The notes beneath the pieces are model-generated. The model saw nothing but the letters and a program-made list of their open reading frames with translations. It was not told where the DNA came from and searched no databases. Shown here piece after piece: positions 48,034-59,716 of a stretch of DNA of 64,000 nt. Position numbers and translations under genes: made by a program. Each line of letters starts with the position of its first letter. Position 1 is the first letter of the stretch. Source of the DNA: Selaginella moellendorffii (lineage: Eukaryota; Plantae; Lycopodiophyta); contig NW_003314264.1 in the NCBI RefSeq assembly GCF_000143415.4, positions 3,047,710 to 3,111,709 of the forward strand, written 5' to 3'.

Positions 48034-48677
48034 CTGATCGAATCAGGCCAAAGAGGCAGCCACATTCACCGCTGCGCGATCGCCACAGCGGCGCCAGGAG
48101 CGCGTACCTGGAGCGTCCGGAGGAGGATCGCTGCCCGTGACGAAGCCGATCATCGAGCCGGCCCTCGGCACCTATATACAAGCCTCCATTAGGGAAAGCT
48201 ATTGGGCTAAGTAACGAAAAAGTAAAAGATCGCAGCCGTCCAGCCAGGCATCACGGGCCGTCGATTGGGTCCCTCTTGCCGGTGTTTTAGCCTGGGGGAG
48301 CTGACTCTCACTGGTACATGTGTGCAACGTGAGATCGATTCTTTTCGCTACCTACGTATCCAGCATGGTGGAAAAAGCAATCATCTCTTGACAGCTCTGA
48401 TGTTTACATTGTTCACGAACTTGATTTGGTCAATCTTATCGAACAGATCCAGAAAATGCCTGGAACTCAAACGATAAAAAAGCTTTGATAAAATCTCTTT
48501 CGGTGATGCTATGTGATCACCACCATCGCTACTAGCCGCCTGTACTACACGAAGAGAGCGAGAGAGATCTCGTCCGAAAGGAACGGCTGGGATTGGGCAA
48601 CGAACGGTTGCCCCTTTTCCGCGCCAACAGAGTTTTTGGATCTTTAGGTCAGCCAATCCCGGGAGAAGGATCGATCG

Positions 48678-49611
48678 ATGGCGTCCGCGAATGCGCCCTA
48701 CGCGACGCTGTACAACCAGCCCAAGTACGAGTCGCGCAAGCAGGCGGACTTACCGCCGTGGGAGAAGGAGCAGTGGGCGTGGAAGAAGAGCAAGACGTGC
48801 AACAGCGGCGGACCCAATGTGGGCGCGACGCCCGACTTGATCACGCCCGAGCCGCTACCGCCCGCGGTACCGCCCGCGGTAAGCCCGGTGCCGTGCGCCC
48901 AGTCGGCCCCCTTTGGGACCGAGGAGAACATGGCCAACCACACGGACAAGGTACGCTCGCGACACGTGTTAGGTTTGAAGTAGGGATGTGTTGAGATATC
49001 CCACATGCACTGGCGTGGAACTGGGGCAGGGTGTGGGTATAAAGAGCGAGGGTTCATTCGAGTGATATTATAGAGCCGTGTGGTCAGCGCAAAGCGAACT
49101 ATTCTTTCGCCTTTTACTAAAGAATACCGTGTGCTGGCCACATTAAAGCGGCATATCAAAATTTTTGGGCCGCCTCTGCAAAGGGGCACCAACAAATCTA
49201 AGTCACTAAGAAGGAAAGCCAGTTCTTGGGAGATAGTTCTTGTTCTTAAGATCTGTTCCTTTCGATCTTACTTTGATGTTTTGTCGTGCAGCCTGATGCC
49301 GATATCATTGCGGAGAACAACAGGGCTCCGTGGGAGCGAGAAGAGAGCCCCTACTTCTCCAAAGTGGTCAGTGGATCAATCGAAACCCAATCTAAACAAA
49401 AATTCAAGGCCAACGGTGATGACCCTTTATTGTGTAGTTTATGAGCTCTGCGACGCCCCCGCCGTCTTACCTCCACACCGCGCGTTGGAGGTGATCAAAG
49501 GAAGAAGAAATCGAAGCTCGACATTGTACGGATATAATCATTCCGTACTGTTACCGCTAAGCTGGCATTATTTACCTAGCTTTCTTCGTGCGTGCGCTGG
49601 GACAAGTAAAT
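48678..49611 (+). CDS. Hypothetical Pro-rich protein (spliced; 3' end uncertain)
   Basis: GC-rich exon MASANAPY...NHTDK then GTACGC donor; downstream exon PDADIIAENNRAPWERE. Confidence 0.45.
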
Positions 49612-49764
49612 AGCCGAGGTGATCCAGAAGCAGCGGTAGAAGACCAATGACGAGAAATGGAATAGATCGCGAGAATTTGATTTTCCTGTTGATCAATGCC
49701 AGGTTTTGTTCGCTTATATTTGTGTTGTGGTAACAACGGGACGAGTGGGGTAGGGTTTTTGGCG

Positions 49765-51166
49765 ATGCAATGCTGCGCGTCCCGGGGGTGAGTCTCGTCC
49801 CCATCGCCGCGATCCAGGGTGGGAATTCGAGGCACAAAGCGCGAGATTTCGCTGCGCGATCCTCCTACCTGGTTTGTGGATCTGTCGCGAGAGAGAAGCA
49901 ATTGCGACGTTTGCTAATGTTTGCTTATGTAGGGAAATGAGAATGGTGGTTCCGCGTCCTCAGAGGGTGGTAAATCTTTCTTCGTGGCTCGATCGATTCG
50001 AGGATTTTGCTCTAAAGATCCTATCTTCCTTGCAGGACGCGACGGAGTGACGAGGGTGAAGTTCGTGCTACAGAGACAATGCATGTTTGGCGAGCATTTC
50101 AAAGTGATTGGCGGCCATCCAGCGCTGGGGGAGTGGGATCCCAGGGCAGCGATACCTCTAGAGTGGTCTGATGGTCACAATTGGACGACAGAACTAGTAA
50201 GCACCACTCTAGGACGTAAGTGTGGAGTGGATTTCTTCGTTTCTCTTCGTCACCCTCATTGCGTGTTTCTTGCTCAGGACGTGCCACAGGGGAGCGTCTT
50301 CGAGTATAAGTTCGTATTGCAATGTCAGAATGGATGGATTCACTGGCAGCCCGGCCCCAACCGCGTCTTCTCGACGCCGGAAAAGAAGCCGTCGCTGGTT
50401 GTCTCCCAGACTTGGGATTTTGATGCCAAGGGTATGGAAGACGGCGACGCCACTGAAGCTCGAGAGGAAAGTTTATCAGGTGCTGAAGAAGCTCGTGGAA
50501 AGAGCATGCTAGAAACTGAAGCTCCACAGGAAACCATGGCAGATACAGAAGCTCGTGGAAAGAGCATGCTAGAAACTGAAGCTCCACAGGAAACCATGGC
50601 AGATACAGAAGCTCGTGGAAAGAGCATGCTAGAAACTGAAGCTCCACAGGAAACCATGCCAGATACAGAAGCTCGTGGAAAGAGCATGCTAGAAACTGAA
50701 GCTCCACAGGAAACCATGCCAGATACAGAAGCTCGTGGAAAGAGCATGCTAGAAACTGAAGCTCCACAGGAAACCATGCCAGATACAGAAGCTCGAGAGG
50801 AAGGCACGGCCTTGGCTAGCGAGGGTGGAGATCAAGCAGCCATTTCTTCCCTGGAATCAAGACAGCTTGGTGAGCAAGCAGGATCAGACAGTGAACAAGA
50901 AGAACAAGAAGAACAAGAACAAGCTTTTGAGGCCTGCATCGAACTCCCTGATACTCTTCCCAATTTCGACAGCGCGAAAGTATGTTGCTTCTTTCTTTTC
51001 CTTTGCTTTTGGTGGCATGAGCTTTGCATTCCAGGAGAGGGATGTGATCGAGGTGCAAGTTTCAGAGGTTCGTGTGGAGCCTCAGCTCCAGCCTACAAAA
51101 CTCACCGTGTGGCAGAAGGATCGTACCTGGTTTTCAAAAGTGCTTTCATTCGTTTTTAAAAGATGA
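49765..51166 (+). CDS. CBM20 starch-binding-domain protein with acidic repeat linker
   Basis: VKFVL...FGEHF.VIG....LG.W.....L.WSDGH.W, FEYKF, WQPGPNR; last exon ...WFSKVLSFVFKR*. Confidence 0.85.
50488..50795 (+). repeat. Coding minisatellite, 5 x 60 bp (EARGKSMLETEAPQETM[A/P]DT)
   Basis: Near-perfect units differing at one position. Confidence 0.97.
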
Positions 51167-52182
51167 CAAGGTCTCGTGGTTTACTTCTGTGTTTGCGAGA
51201 TCGTTATTCGCATGAAGTCGATGAGCGCACAGAGGCGGCCAAAGAATTTAGTGTCGAATGCCGCATAGGAGTGTAATATCTTAACTCATCTTCGCAGACG
51301 CCGAGAGATTTAAATATCTATAATAATGATTTTTTTAACCACGTCTTGATGTTTGCTCTCAAGGTTGTTAATTGCAGTGTGAAGCGAAGAAAGTGTTATG
51401 AATGTCTAGATCTGGCCAAAAAAAAAGTTTAAACGACAAAGGAAATCCAATCAATGGTATTCTAGTATTACTAAAGCATCCAAGAGGCTTTCAAAAACTA
51501 AATTGGATACTAAACTGTGTAGGGAGTTGGGAGTTTCATTAGGATTTACAAACATCTCACTATCATTTTCTTGGGCGAAAAATAAAATTTATTTAGCCAT
51601 ATTCTAAAAGTTTCAAGAAAGATGAATCTTATAAGCCTTGGAATGTACTTCAAGCATGAATTCGAACTATAAACTACAGATTCCACTAAAGAAAAACATT
51701 GTGGGCCCAATCACACTCCAGTGACCTTGAGGCTAAGAAGAACAGTTAGTGAGCCACTCCTCTTGCTGCCTCCCTATTGCTCCCTATTGGACAACGGTCA
51801 TTGAGTGTCAATGCCAGTTAACACATTGCATGTATAGTTGAATGGCATTGTAGAAGGTAAATGTTTTTTTATGTGTTTGTAATGGGATTTTGTAGCTAGA
51901 TATACCTTGGCTTAAGGAAATTATTATGCTTATAATTACTTCTTCAATTCTTCTTTAGATCTGGTTAAAGTGGAATACAACAATAACTGTTATATCTGTG
52001 AGCCAATACATGTAGGCCCAAGCATGTTGAAACACTAACTAGTTTTTTATTTCTGTCATTTGGATCTCTAAGATAATCTGCATCTGCAAATCAAATGATT
52101 TGAGAGCTCCCCTTGTCACCTGTGTTGCTGAGTACAAAAGACCCAAGTGCTTGTCTCTGCAAGGTAGTGAAAAAATTTCATT

Positions 52183-52495
52183 GGAGCAATTAGCTGGACA
52201 AGCAAGAAGTAGTCCATGGTGGCAACCTCAACAACATGAATCATGCATCAGCCATCAAGCAAGTTATCTGGCTCAGTAAATTATTTCAGGACTTGGGAGT
52301 TGCACACACCTCTACACCGACTCAGCTCTACAATGACAATTCCTCAGCTGTGCAACTTGCTCACAATCTTATACTTCATGGCACAAAACACATTGGGGCC
52401 AGATTTCACATTATGTGGGATCATGTCTCCTGCCAGCAAATATCTCTCAACCACACCCTGCTGACATTTTCACTAAGGTTTTGGCACCACAAACT
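52183..52495 (+). mobile_element. Ty1/copia RNase H remnant
   Basis: GAISWTSKK*, IWL..LF.DLG, LYNDNSSA..LA.N, TKHI..RFH, ADIFTK. Confidence 0.85.
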
Positions 52496-53048
52496 CTTGG
52501 AAAACACTTGGCTGGGCAGCCAAGTGTGTTTTACGCTTCTTTGTTTTCAGACAGCATATTCTCAGAAACTGCCTTTTGCATTTATCCAGGGAGACATATC
52601 CATCGAACTTTTTCCTGCGCTTATGAATGGGACAGATCCTTGTCGCTATTTTTTCAGGCTTCTTCAGCACTACTCGCGTTTCATGATCAGCAGCACGGGA
52701 CTTCGACACAGAAACGATTCTAGCAGGGTCCGCCGAATGCAACTGGAAAGGTAACTGCTCGGTTTTTAACATGATGTTGGAAATGATTCTTCTCCTGTCA
52801 AGTAGCCAGACAATGTCCCAGTTTTCGAACTCAGCCCGGAAGTTAAAAGCGGGACCGAACAGCTGAATGTTTACGCCACCTAGACTAGATGGAGATGAGA
52901 AACGAAGAAAGGAGATTTCAGTTGTAATTGTTCCAGTAAACCAACTCTCGGCTGTTGATGACGACGCTGTTCTCATAGAGGGGCATCACACGAGCTAGAG
53001 CAATGAGAAAACAAAATCCAAGGGATATTTTACAGGAAAACTTCCATG

Positions 53049-55010
53049 CTATGCCCTGGCGTGGACGTTGGAGAGCAAAACGAAGGGGCCACCATCCTGG
53101 TTTTCCAGATTGTGAAGCTCCGTGGCTGCCAAAGATGCCTTTTGGACGTTTCCTTGCAATCCACAGGCGCTCAACACCGATCTCCACGATACAGTGCCAG
53201 GCTCAAAAGGCATCTCTAGAACAATCTCCTGTGCATCCCCAATCCTGCCCAGCCTCCCCAGCAGATCGATCACGCAGTTAAAGTGGTCGACCACGGGAGC
53301 AATCTCAAAGTCGCCAACCATGGACGAAAACTCACAGCACGCGGTGGCCAGCATCCCGGCATGGCTGCAGACGGATAGAACACACACGAAGCTAACCTCG
53401 TCCACTTCGATCCCTTCCAGCTCCATCTCCTTGAACAGCTGCAGCGCCTCCGCCCCTCGCTCGTTCTGCGCATACGCAGCCAGCATCGAGTTCCAAGCCA
53501 CTCGGCCGCGATCCTCCATTCGATCAAAGATCTCCCTGGCGGCCTCGGGACACCCGCATTTCGCAAACATGCTCACGAGCTTGGTGTCGATACCGGCGTC
53601 CGGCGGATGGACGAGTTCTTCCACGATCATGTGAATAATCTTGGCCTTCGTAGTGCAGGCGAGCCCGGAAGACGCATCTATGACTCCCATCAGTGCGGAC
53701 TTGTCCGGATCGACGCCCTCAATCGCCATGCATTGGAAAACTTCGAATGCATCCCTGCTATGTCCGTTCTGGGCATACGCCCAAAGCATGGCCGACCATG
53801 TCAGCGTGTTTCGAATCGGCATGGATTGGAAGATGGAATGCGCTCGCCCCGGCAAGCCGGCCGATCCGTAAGCTGCGATTGCCGCCGTTGAGGATGCGAC
53901 GTCCCACTTCGGCATCCGGCAGTAGACAGCCTCCGCGTGAGCAAACTCCCCGTTCTCGGCATCTGCTGCAAGCATAGCGCTCCAAGAGACCAAGTTCCTC
54001 TCCGGCATGCTCGTGAAGAGGTATCTAGATTCCTTCAGATGCTCGCCCTTTCCTAGAGCCGTGACCATTGCTGTGCTAGAAACTACATTGCTATGTGGGA
54101 TCTTGGCGTAGATCTCTTTCACTTGATCCAAATCGCCCGCCTCGGCAAATGCCGTAAGAAGCGCGTTCCAAAATGGAAGATCTCTCCCGGTCGCCTGATT
54201 GAACAGCGCCATGGCCCGATCCAAATCGAGATTCCGAGAAAACCCCAGCATCATTGTGGTACACGACACGGCGTCTCTTTCATCCATCGCCTCGAAAATC
54301 ACCAACGCGCTGGCAAAATCCCCGTGCTCCACAAACGCGCTCATCATCGCGTTGCAGCTGGGCACATTCCACTGCGGCATCCGGTGAAATATCTCCTCCG
54401 CTTCTCTGAGATTCCCATTCTCGGCGTTCGCGACGATCATCGCCGTGCAAGGCACGACAGTGCGCTCGGGCATGGCATCAAACAAGATTCCCGCCTCTAA
54501 AAGATTCCCTTCCTGGGCATATGCTGTCACAACGATGCTCCACGAAACGACGTTGGCGACGGGCATCCGTGCGAATAAACCGCGCGCCTCATCCACATAA
54601 CCGCGCGCGCCATACGCCGTGATAACCACGTTCCAGACGACGATGCTGTGCCCGGGCATCTTAGCCAGTATATGCTTAGAATCAGCAAGATGCCCATTAT
54701 GGGCATATGCCGTGACAAGGATTGTCCACGAGTAAACGTTTCTCTGGTGGATCGCATCAAATACTTCGCGCGCTTCGATGACGCTGCCACAGCTGCCGTA
54801 CATCTGGACGAGAAGATTCCCCACGAATCTTTCTCGATCCCGGCGACCGTGGCGGGCGAGGAGAGAGTGGAGTTGCCTGCCCCTGGAGAGCGATCGCGCG
54901 CTGCCAAATTGCCTCAGCAGCTCGGCGCAGCGCTTCAGTTCTAGCTGGGGATCCGGTTCCTGAAGCTCGATTTTGGCTGCAATTGTAGCAATCGATCTCC
55001 GGAGTCCCAT
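53049..55010 (-). CDS. PLS-class PPR protein with E domain
   Basis: PPR motifs, ends GPFVLLSNVHARA. Confidence 0.93.
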   Translation of the reverse strand: MGLRRSIATIAAKIELQEPDPQLELKRCAELLRQFGSARSLSRGRQLHSLLARHGRRDRERFVGNLLVQMYGSCGSVIEAREVFDAIHQRNVYSWTILVTAYAHNGHLADSKHILAKMPGHSIVVWNVVITAYGARGYVDEARGLFARMPVANVVSWSIVVTAYAQEGNLLEAGILFDAMPERTVVPCTAMIVANAENGNLREAEEIFHRMPQWNVPSCNAMMSAFVEHGDFASALVIFEAMDERDAVSCTTMMLGFSRNLDLDRAMALFNQATGRDLPFWNALLTAFAEAGDLDQVKEIYAKIPHSNVVSSTAMVTALGKGEHLKESRYLFTSMPERNLVSWSAMLAADAENGEFAHAEAVYCRMPKWDVASSTAAIAAYGSAGLPGRAHSIFQSMPIRNTLTWSAMLWAYAQNGHSRDAFEVFQCMAIEGVDPDKSALMGVIDASSGLACTTKAKIIHMIVEELVHPPDAGIDTKLVSMFAKCGCPEAAREIFDRMEDRGRVAWNSMLAAYAQNERGAEALQLFKEMELEGIEVDEVSFVCVLSVCSHAGMLATACCEFSSMVGDFEIAPVVDHFNCVIDLLGRLGRIGDAQEIVLEMPFEPGTVSWRSVLSACGLQGNVQKASLAATELHNLENQDGGPFVLLSNVHARA

Positions 55011-56401
55011 TCACTCCATGGTTGAGATCTAGGGTTCTCTCGTCGTGATCCAGCGGCGGCATTGGCAGCTACCAGGCTCTGGACGAAGAAATCTCTTTGG
55101 GATCCAGTGGTAGCGAGGAAGATCCTCCATTCCAAGCTCCCAGCAGCAAAGGGCATACTGGCAATGAGCTCGGCGGCATCGCGCGCGCGTCCTCCTCGGC
55201 ACAGCGCATCGATCACACAGCAGTAGTGGCTCCTCCAAGGTGTGATTCCAAAATCCGTGCTCATGGACGCGAAGCAATGCCGCGCCGCCGAGAATCTGCC
55301 GTCCCGGGCCAGCGCCGCGAGAACAGACACGAAGCATCCAGCGTCGGGAAGAACCTCCGCCATGAGCTTCATCCCATCGAAAATCTGGAGCACTCTTTTG
55401 GAATCTCCACTCTGGGCATTTGCTGCCAGCGCGGTGTTCCACGCGATTTCATCCTTTTGGCCCGGCATTGCGGAGAAGAGCTCATTCATCGATCGGGTGT
55501 GTCCAGCCATGGCAAGCGCCACGAGCATCGCGCTCCAAGAGAAGAGATCCCGGGCAGGCATCGCCGCGAAGAACGAGCTTACCTCTTCTAGATGCCCCGT
55601 TTGGGCAAATGCCGAGATCATGGAGTTCCAGGAGACAAGATCGTGAAACTCCATCGAATTAAAGATGTGCTTCGAAGATTCTATTTGACCGTTTCGCGAG
55701 TACGCAACAAGCATTGCATTTTGTAGTGCTAAATCGTGTTCGTGTGATGAATCATAGATCGCCTTAGAGATCTCCAAATCCCCGCTCTGGGCAAGGGCAC
55801 TAAGGATTGCCGTCGAGGAGATCAAGTCCCACTCGGGCATGGAAGTGAAAACCTCCTTCGCCATCTCGCAGATGCCAGATTTTTCGCACGCTTGTAACAA
55901 TGCTGTCCAGGAGATCAAACTTCGCATCGGCATCGCCAAGAACAGCGCTTCCGTTTCCTCCAGATGCCTCGCCTTGGCAAAAGCGCACGTCATTGCGTTC
56001 CAGGTGATCAAGCTCCGGTCCTCCATCTGATCAAACACCGTCTTCGCGGCGTCGAGATCGCCGTGCTGTGCGTGCGCGCAGAGCATCGCGGTGGCGGATA
56101 TGAGATTCAGGAGCGGCATCCGGTGGAAGAATTCGGCGGTGTCGTGGTAGCAGTCGTTTGAGACGTAGGCGACGAACATAAAGTCCCAGGAGAAGGAATC
56201 GCGCGCGCCCATGGAGTCGAATATCCTCCTCGCGTTCCTGGCGCTCCCACAGCGCCCATACATTGCTATCAGATGGTTGCAAAGGAAGACATCGCAATGC
56301 TTGAGCTGGATCTCTTGCTCGATCCTCTGGGCTTGGCTCAAGTGTGAGCATGTCATCACCAATCTAATGCATTCCTCTCTATCCATACTAAGTAGTTCCA
56401 T
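54941..56401 (-). CDS. Divergent PLS-class PPR protein with degenerate E domain
   Basis: PPR motifs; HYCCVIDALCRGG...MPF; atypical tail overlaps the next PPR ORF. Confidence 0.85.
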   Translation of the reverse strand: MELLSMDREECIRLVMTCSHLSQAQRIEQEIQLKHCDVFLCNHLIAMYGRCGSARNARRIFDSMGARDSFSWDFMFVAYVSNDCYHDTAEFFHRMPLLNLISATAMLCAHAQHGDLDAAKTVFDQMEDRSLITWNAMTCAFAKARHLEETEALFLAMPMRSLISWTALLQACEKSGICEMAKEVFTSMPEWDLISSTAILSALAQSGDLEISKAIYDSSHEHDLALQNAMLVAYSRNGQIESSKHIFNSMEFHDLVSWNSMISAFAQTGHLEEVSSFFAAMPARDLFSWSAMLVALAMAGHTRSMNELFSAMPGQKDEIAWNTALAANAQSGDSKRVLQIFDGMKLMAEVLPDAGCFVSVLAALARDGRFSAARHCFASMSTDFGITPWRSHYCCVIDALCRGGRARDAAELIASMPFAAGSLEWRIFLATTGSQRDFFVQSLVAANAAAGSRRENPRSQPWSEWDSGDRLLQLQPKSSFRNRIPS

Positions 56402-56459
56402 AGCAAATCAGCAAGAAGTTCTTTCTTCTTCCTTCCTCTCCCTTCATTTCTTCAACACT

Positions 56460-56981
56460 CTACACTCTTGCTCTGCAAATTGGACAAGAGGTGCTCAGCG
56501 AGAGCCACTTTTGGATGCACGGCGAGTGGAAGCTGTGCGAGCATTTGAGAAACATCCGCTCGCCCACCATTCGATGAGCAGGATCACTCTCCTCTTGCAA
56601 TTCACCTAGGCATATAGCGCAGCGCTCGTCACCAATGATTCTTCTTGATCCCGCGGCGATGGAGGGCTGGATGGAACAATCAAGCATTTCCAAGAATGGC
56701 CTTTCTGTCCCGTGGCGAGCGGGAAGAACACCAGTTATCCTGTGCTCCTCCTCTCCGATGAAAAAGCTGTGCTCCAAATCGAGCTCAATCTCTTCTTCGC
56801 CACGGCAATTGAGAACTCCTTCCAGAGCTGATAAGCTGAGCAACACGTAGGCAATAAGCATCGATCCCAGCGCTGCTACTCCAATTTGGATGAGAATGTA
56901 GCCCTTGGCAAACGGCAGCAGCACCATTGCCAGCAGTAAGCACACAAGGCTGGCGCCCATATCTTGCAGCATTTCAACCAT
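56460..56981 (-). CDS. Membrane-anchored RING-H2 E3 ligase (ATL-like)
   Basis: Two hydrophobic N-terminal segments; CAICL...C.H.FH..CI.KWL.....CPICR. Confidence 0.88.
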   Translation of the reverse strand: MVEMLQDMGASLVCLLLAMVLLPFAKGYILIQIGVAALGSMLIAYVLLSLSALEGVLNCRGEEEIELDLEHSFFIGEEEHRITGVLPARHGTERPFLEMLDCSIQPSIAAGSRRIIGDERCAICLGELQEESDPAHRMVGERMFLKCSHSFHSPCIQKWLSLSTSCPICRARV

Positions 56982-57449
56982 CTTCTTCTTCTTGAATCTC
57001 CTTCTTTGCAAGCTAGTTATTTTGGAGGACAAGAAGCTTCTAATGCAGCCATTGAGTTCTCCTTCTTCTTTGATTCTGTCACTGGATAAAATCCTGCCAA
57101 ATGCGAGTGAATGAAGAATCGCTGGGAAAGATCAGGATCAGTGATCCTGGTCGCCTGGCTACAACGAATCCCATATACAAGACTTTCAAAGATTGCGAGT
57201 GTCGCCAGTACTCTATACACTGTCCCTGATATGTTTTCTATGAGTGTAATTTCACGGTGCATTTATTTATGGACATGGTGTGATGGTTCGTTTTAAAGAA
57301 CCCTCTTGCGTGTCTTGGAATATATAACCACGATTTCAACCATGAACACTAAAGAAACATCCTAGTGTCACGCTTTGATTTTTCAGGTGTTGAGAAGATC
57401 ATGTAAATAAAAACTCTGTAATTTGCTTTCCTGTTACATGCCAATACAA

Positions 57450-59257
57450 TCAAAATGTTGGAAGAGGTTTTCCAGCTAGAAAGCTTTGGAACATTGCGAG
57501 CGCTGGGCCTGGTCGATCCGTGGGAACCATGTGGCCGGCTCCTCGAATCGTCGCAAACGTGAGACCTTCGTATACCTGAGTCCATCCTCCAACCTTTCAA
57601 ACACACCCCCCATGTTATAATCGACCAATTGAAGTTAGAAACCAACCTCATCTTCGTAGTCCCACGTATACCAGGGCGTGTGTACGGTGAGATTGAGAGC
57701 ATCGATCCAGCTTCGGCTTGATAGTGTGGACACAACGGAATCCCAATCTCCACTGGAAAGTAAAACCAATGCTTAGCAGCACAAAACAAGTTAAAGAGGT
57801 ACCTGTAAATCCAGATTCTTATGCCGCTTGTAAGAAGCTTTTTGTACACAGGAAGCATAGAACCATCAAAATCTGACCTCGAATACCCAAAGTTGATAGT
57901 GTCGCTGGACAAAAACACGTTTAAAACTTGGACATTTCTTTGAGCGAATATTGATTTACCTGCACATACTCCAATCCACAGGACGCCTCGCGACATGAAG
58001 GGCTTCCTGAACGTCGTGCGAGTTGAGGAACGACCCTATCCAATCTTCGCAAGTATCGTACACTCTCCGCAGCAGATTCTTGTGAAGGTCGACGTCACGT
58101 CGACGGTTTCTCACCTGGATGGTGCAGTCGTCCCTGTACACGTTGTACGGGTTGATGAACTGCGTGAGCCTGTTGATGCCTTGGTTTGCGGCGCTGCACT
58201 TGGCGGCGTCACCTTTCGGGGAGAAGCAGTTCTCCATAGCCTCGCTGTATATGTCATCGGAGATGATCGAGTGTGTGTGCAGGAACTCGACGTTCCCGGG
58301 CAGCTCAAACTTGCTGTCCGTCCAGGCATTGCCAATCTGTGGCATTTGGATCGAGACAGCGTTAGTGTGATCGAACTGACTTTAAGTAAAGATTAGATCT
58401 AGCATACCGCGATTCCTTTGAAGTTTATGGAGCCGCCTTGAGAGTTGTAGCTCAGGATCTTTGATGCCAATGTTGGAATGTAATGCCCTGTGCCGCGTTT
58501 TTCAACACCACAGGTCTAAAGCATGATCCACTCTCGAGCTTACCTGCATAGCTCTCCCCAGTCACGTAGAAATCGTTCTTGGAATACTCTGGGAAAATTT
58601 TTAGCCACTCTATAAGAAACTGTAAATTCTGGTCGGCTGTAGAAACAAATTATCAAGTGTTAAAAGAATAACTGAAAAGAGGTTAACGAAACAAACCGGT
58701 GTTATCATCTGTATATGAATCATCAGAAGAATTCGAGTATGAGAAGCCCACACCGGCAGGGGACTCTAGAAAAATGATATTTGCATCTGCAAGTAGAGAT
58801 TGGCAATCTTGTTTGCCAGCAATCTATTAAATTTTGTATGATCTTACTCTTGTTCCATGAGTATGCGTTGAGCTTGAGACCATTCTGCGACGGCCGGAAA
58901 GGTCCGAGCTCGCCAAGAGCACCCGATCCGACCGAAGAACAACCGGGACCTATACAAGCAAAAGCTCTAGAGATTCTTAGCAAAAACGAACCGCGTTTTC
59001 GTTCTTTCTTTACCTCCATTGAGCCACAAGACGAGAGGTAACGAAGATGGAGCGTTGCTAGTAGTGTCTGCCTCGAAAAACCAATAGAAGAGTGCCTTGC
59101 CTGACTTGATTGGAATGTTTCCAGCGTAGTGTTTGAATCCAACTTGTGGCTGTCCCGGAAGCTTGGTGACAAGCTGAGATGGATCTGCTGCTAGAGAGAG
59201 TGAAATTGCCAGGATCGCAATTGTGGAAGCTGCAAGCAAAGAGCTTTGAGCTGCCAT
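57450..59257 (-). CDS. SCPL: Serine carboxypeptidase-like, clade II
   Basis: [43 protein letters not shown]. Confidence 0.95.
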
Positions 59258-59716
59258 GATTTGTTACTCTCTGATTGGTCTTAGTGACTTTATATATACA
59301 TTTTAGTATGAAAGATTCAGTACTCAAGAACACCTTACGAATCCATTCTCAATAATTTGTCGCCAGATGTTACAAGATTTATCTGTGGATGTTTATAAAG
59401 TAAGATGGATTCTTTCTTTGCTTGATTCTCCATTTGGAGAGATTACGCCAGCAAGATGGTCAAACTGGAATGTTTGACAACGTGACAAATCGGTGATTTG
59501 CAAATTATAGTGATGCTTTGGCAAAGTTTTCCTCCATCACTTAGTAGATTTGCTCCGGCATTTCATCGAAGAGTCCCTTTGGCCTCTCTGTGCGTAGGCT
59601 GATACAGATTATGCGCGTTCTGTGCGTAGAGCTCGTTCCACCCATCGCATCTAAGGCATAGCTTATCCGTTTTAAGCAAATTTCGTTACGTATGGAAGCA
59701 TATTCTCCTTCTTCCA

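Noticed and set aside
50488-50795. Regular repeats resembling a CRISPR array
   Set aside because: No unique spacers; in-frame coding minisatellite in a eukaryotic gene
52473-52976. 167-aa minus-strand ORF downstream of a PPR
   Set aside because: No recognisable domain; abuts a copia remnant
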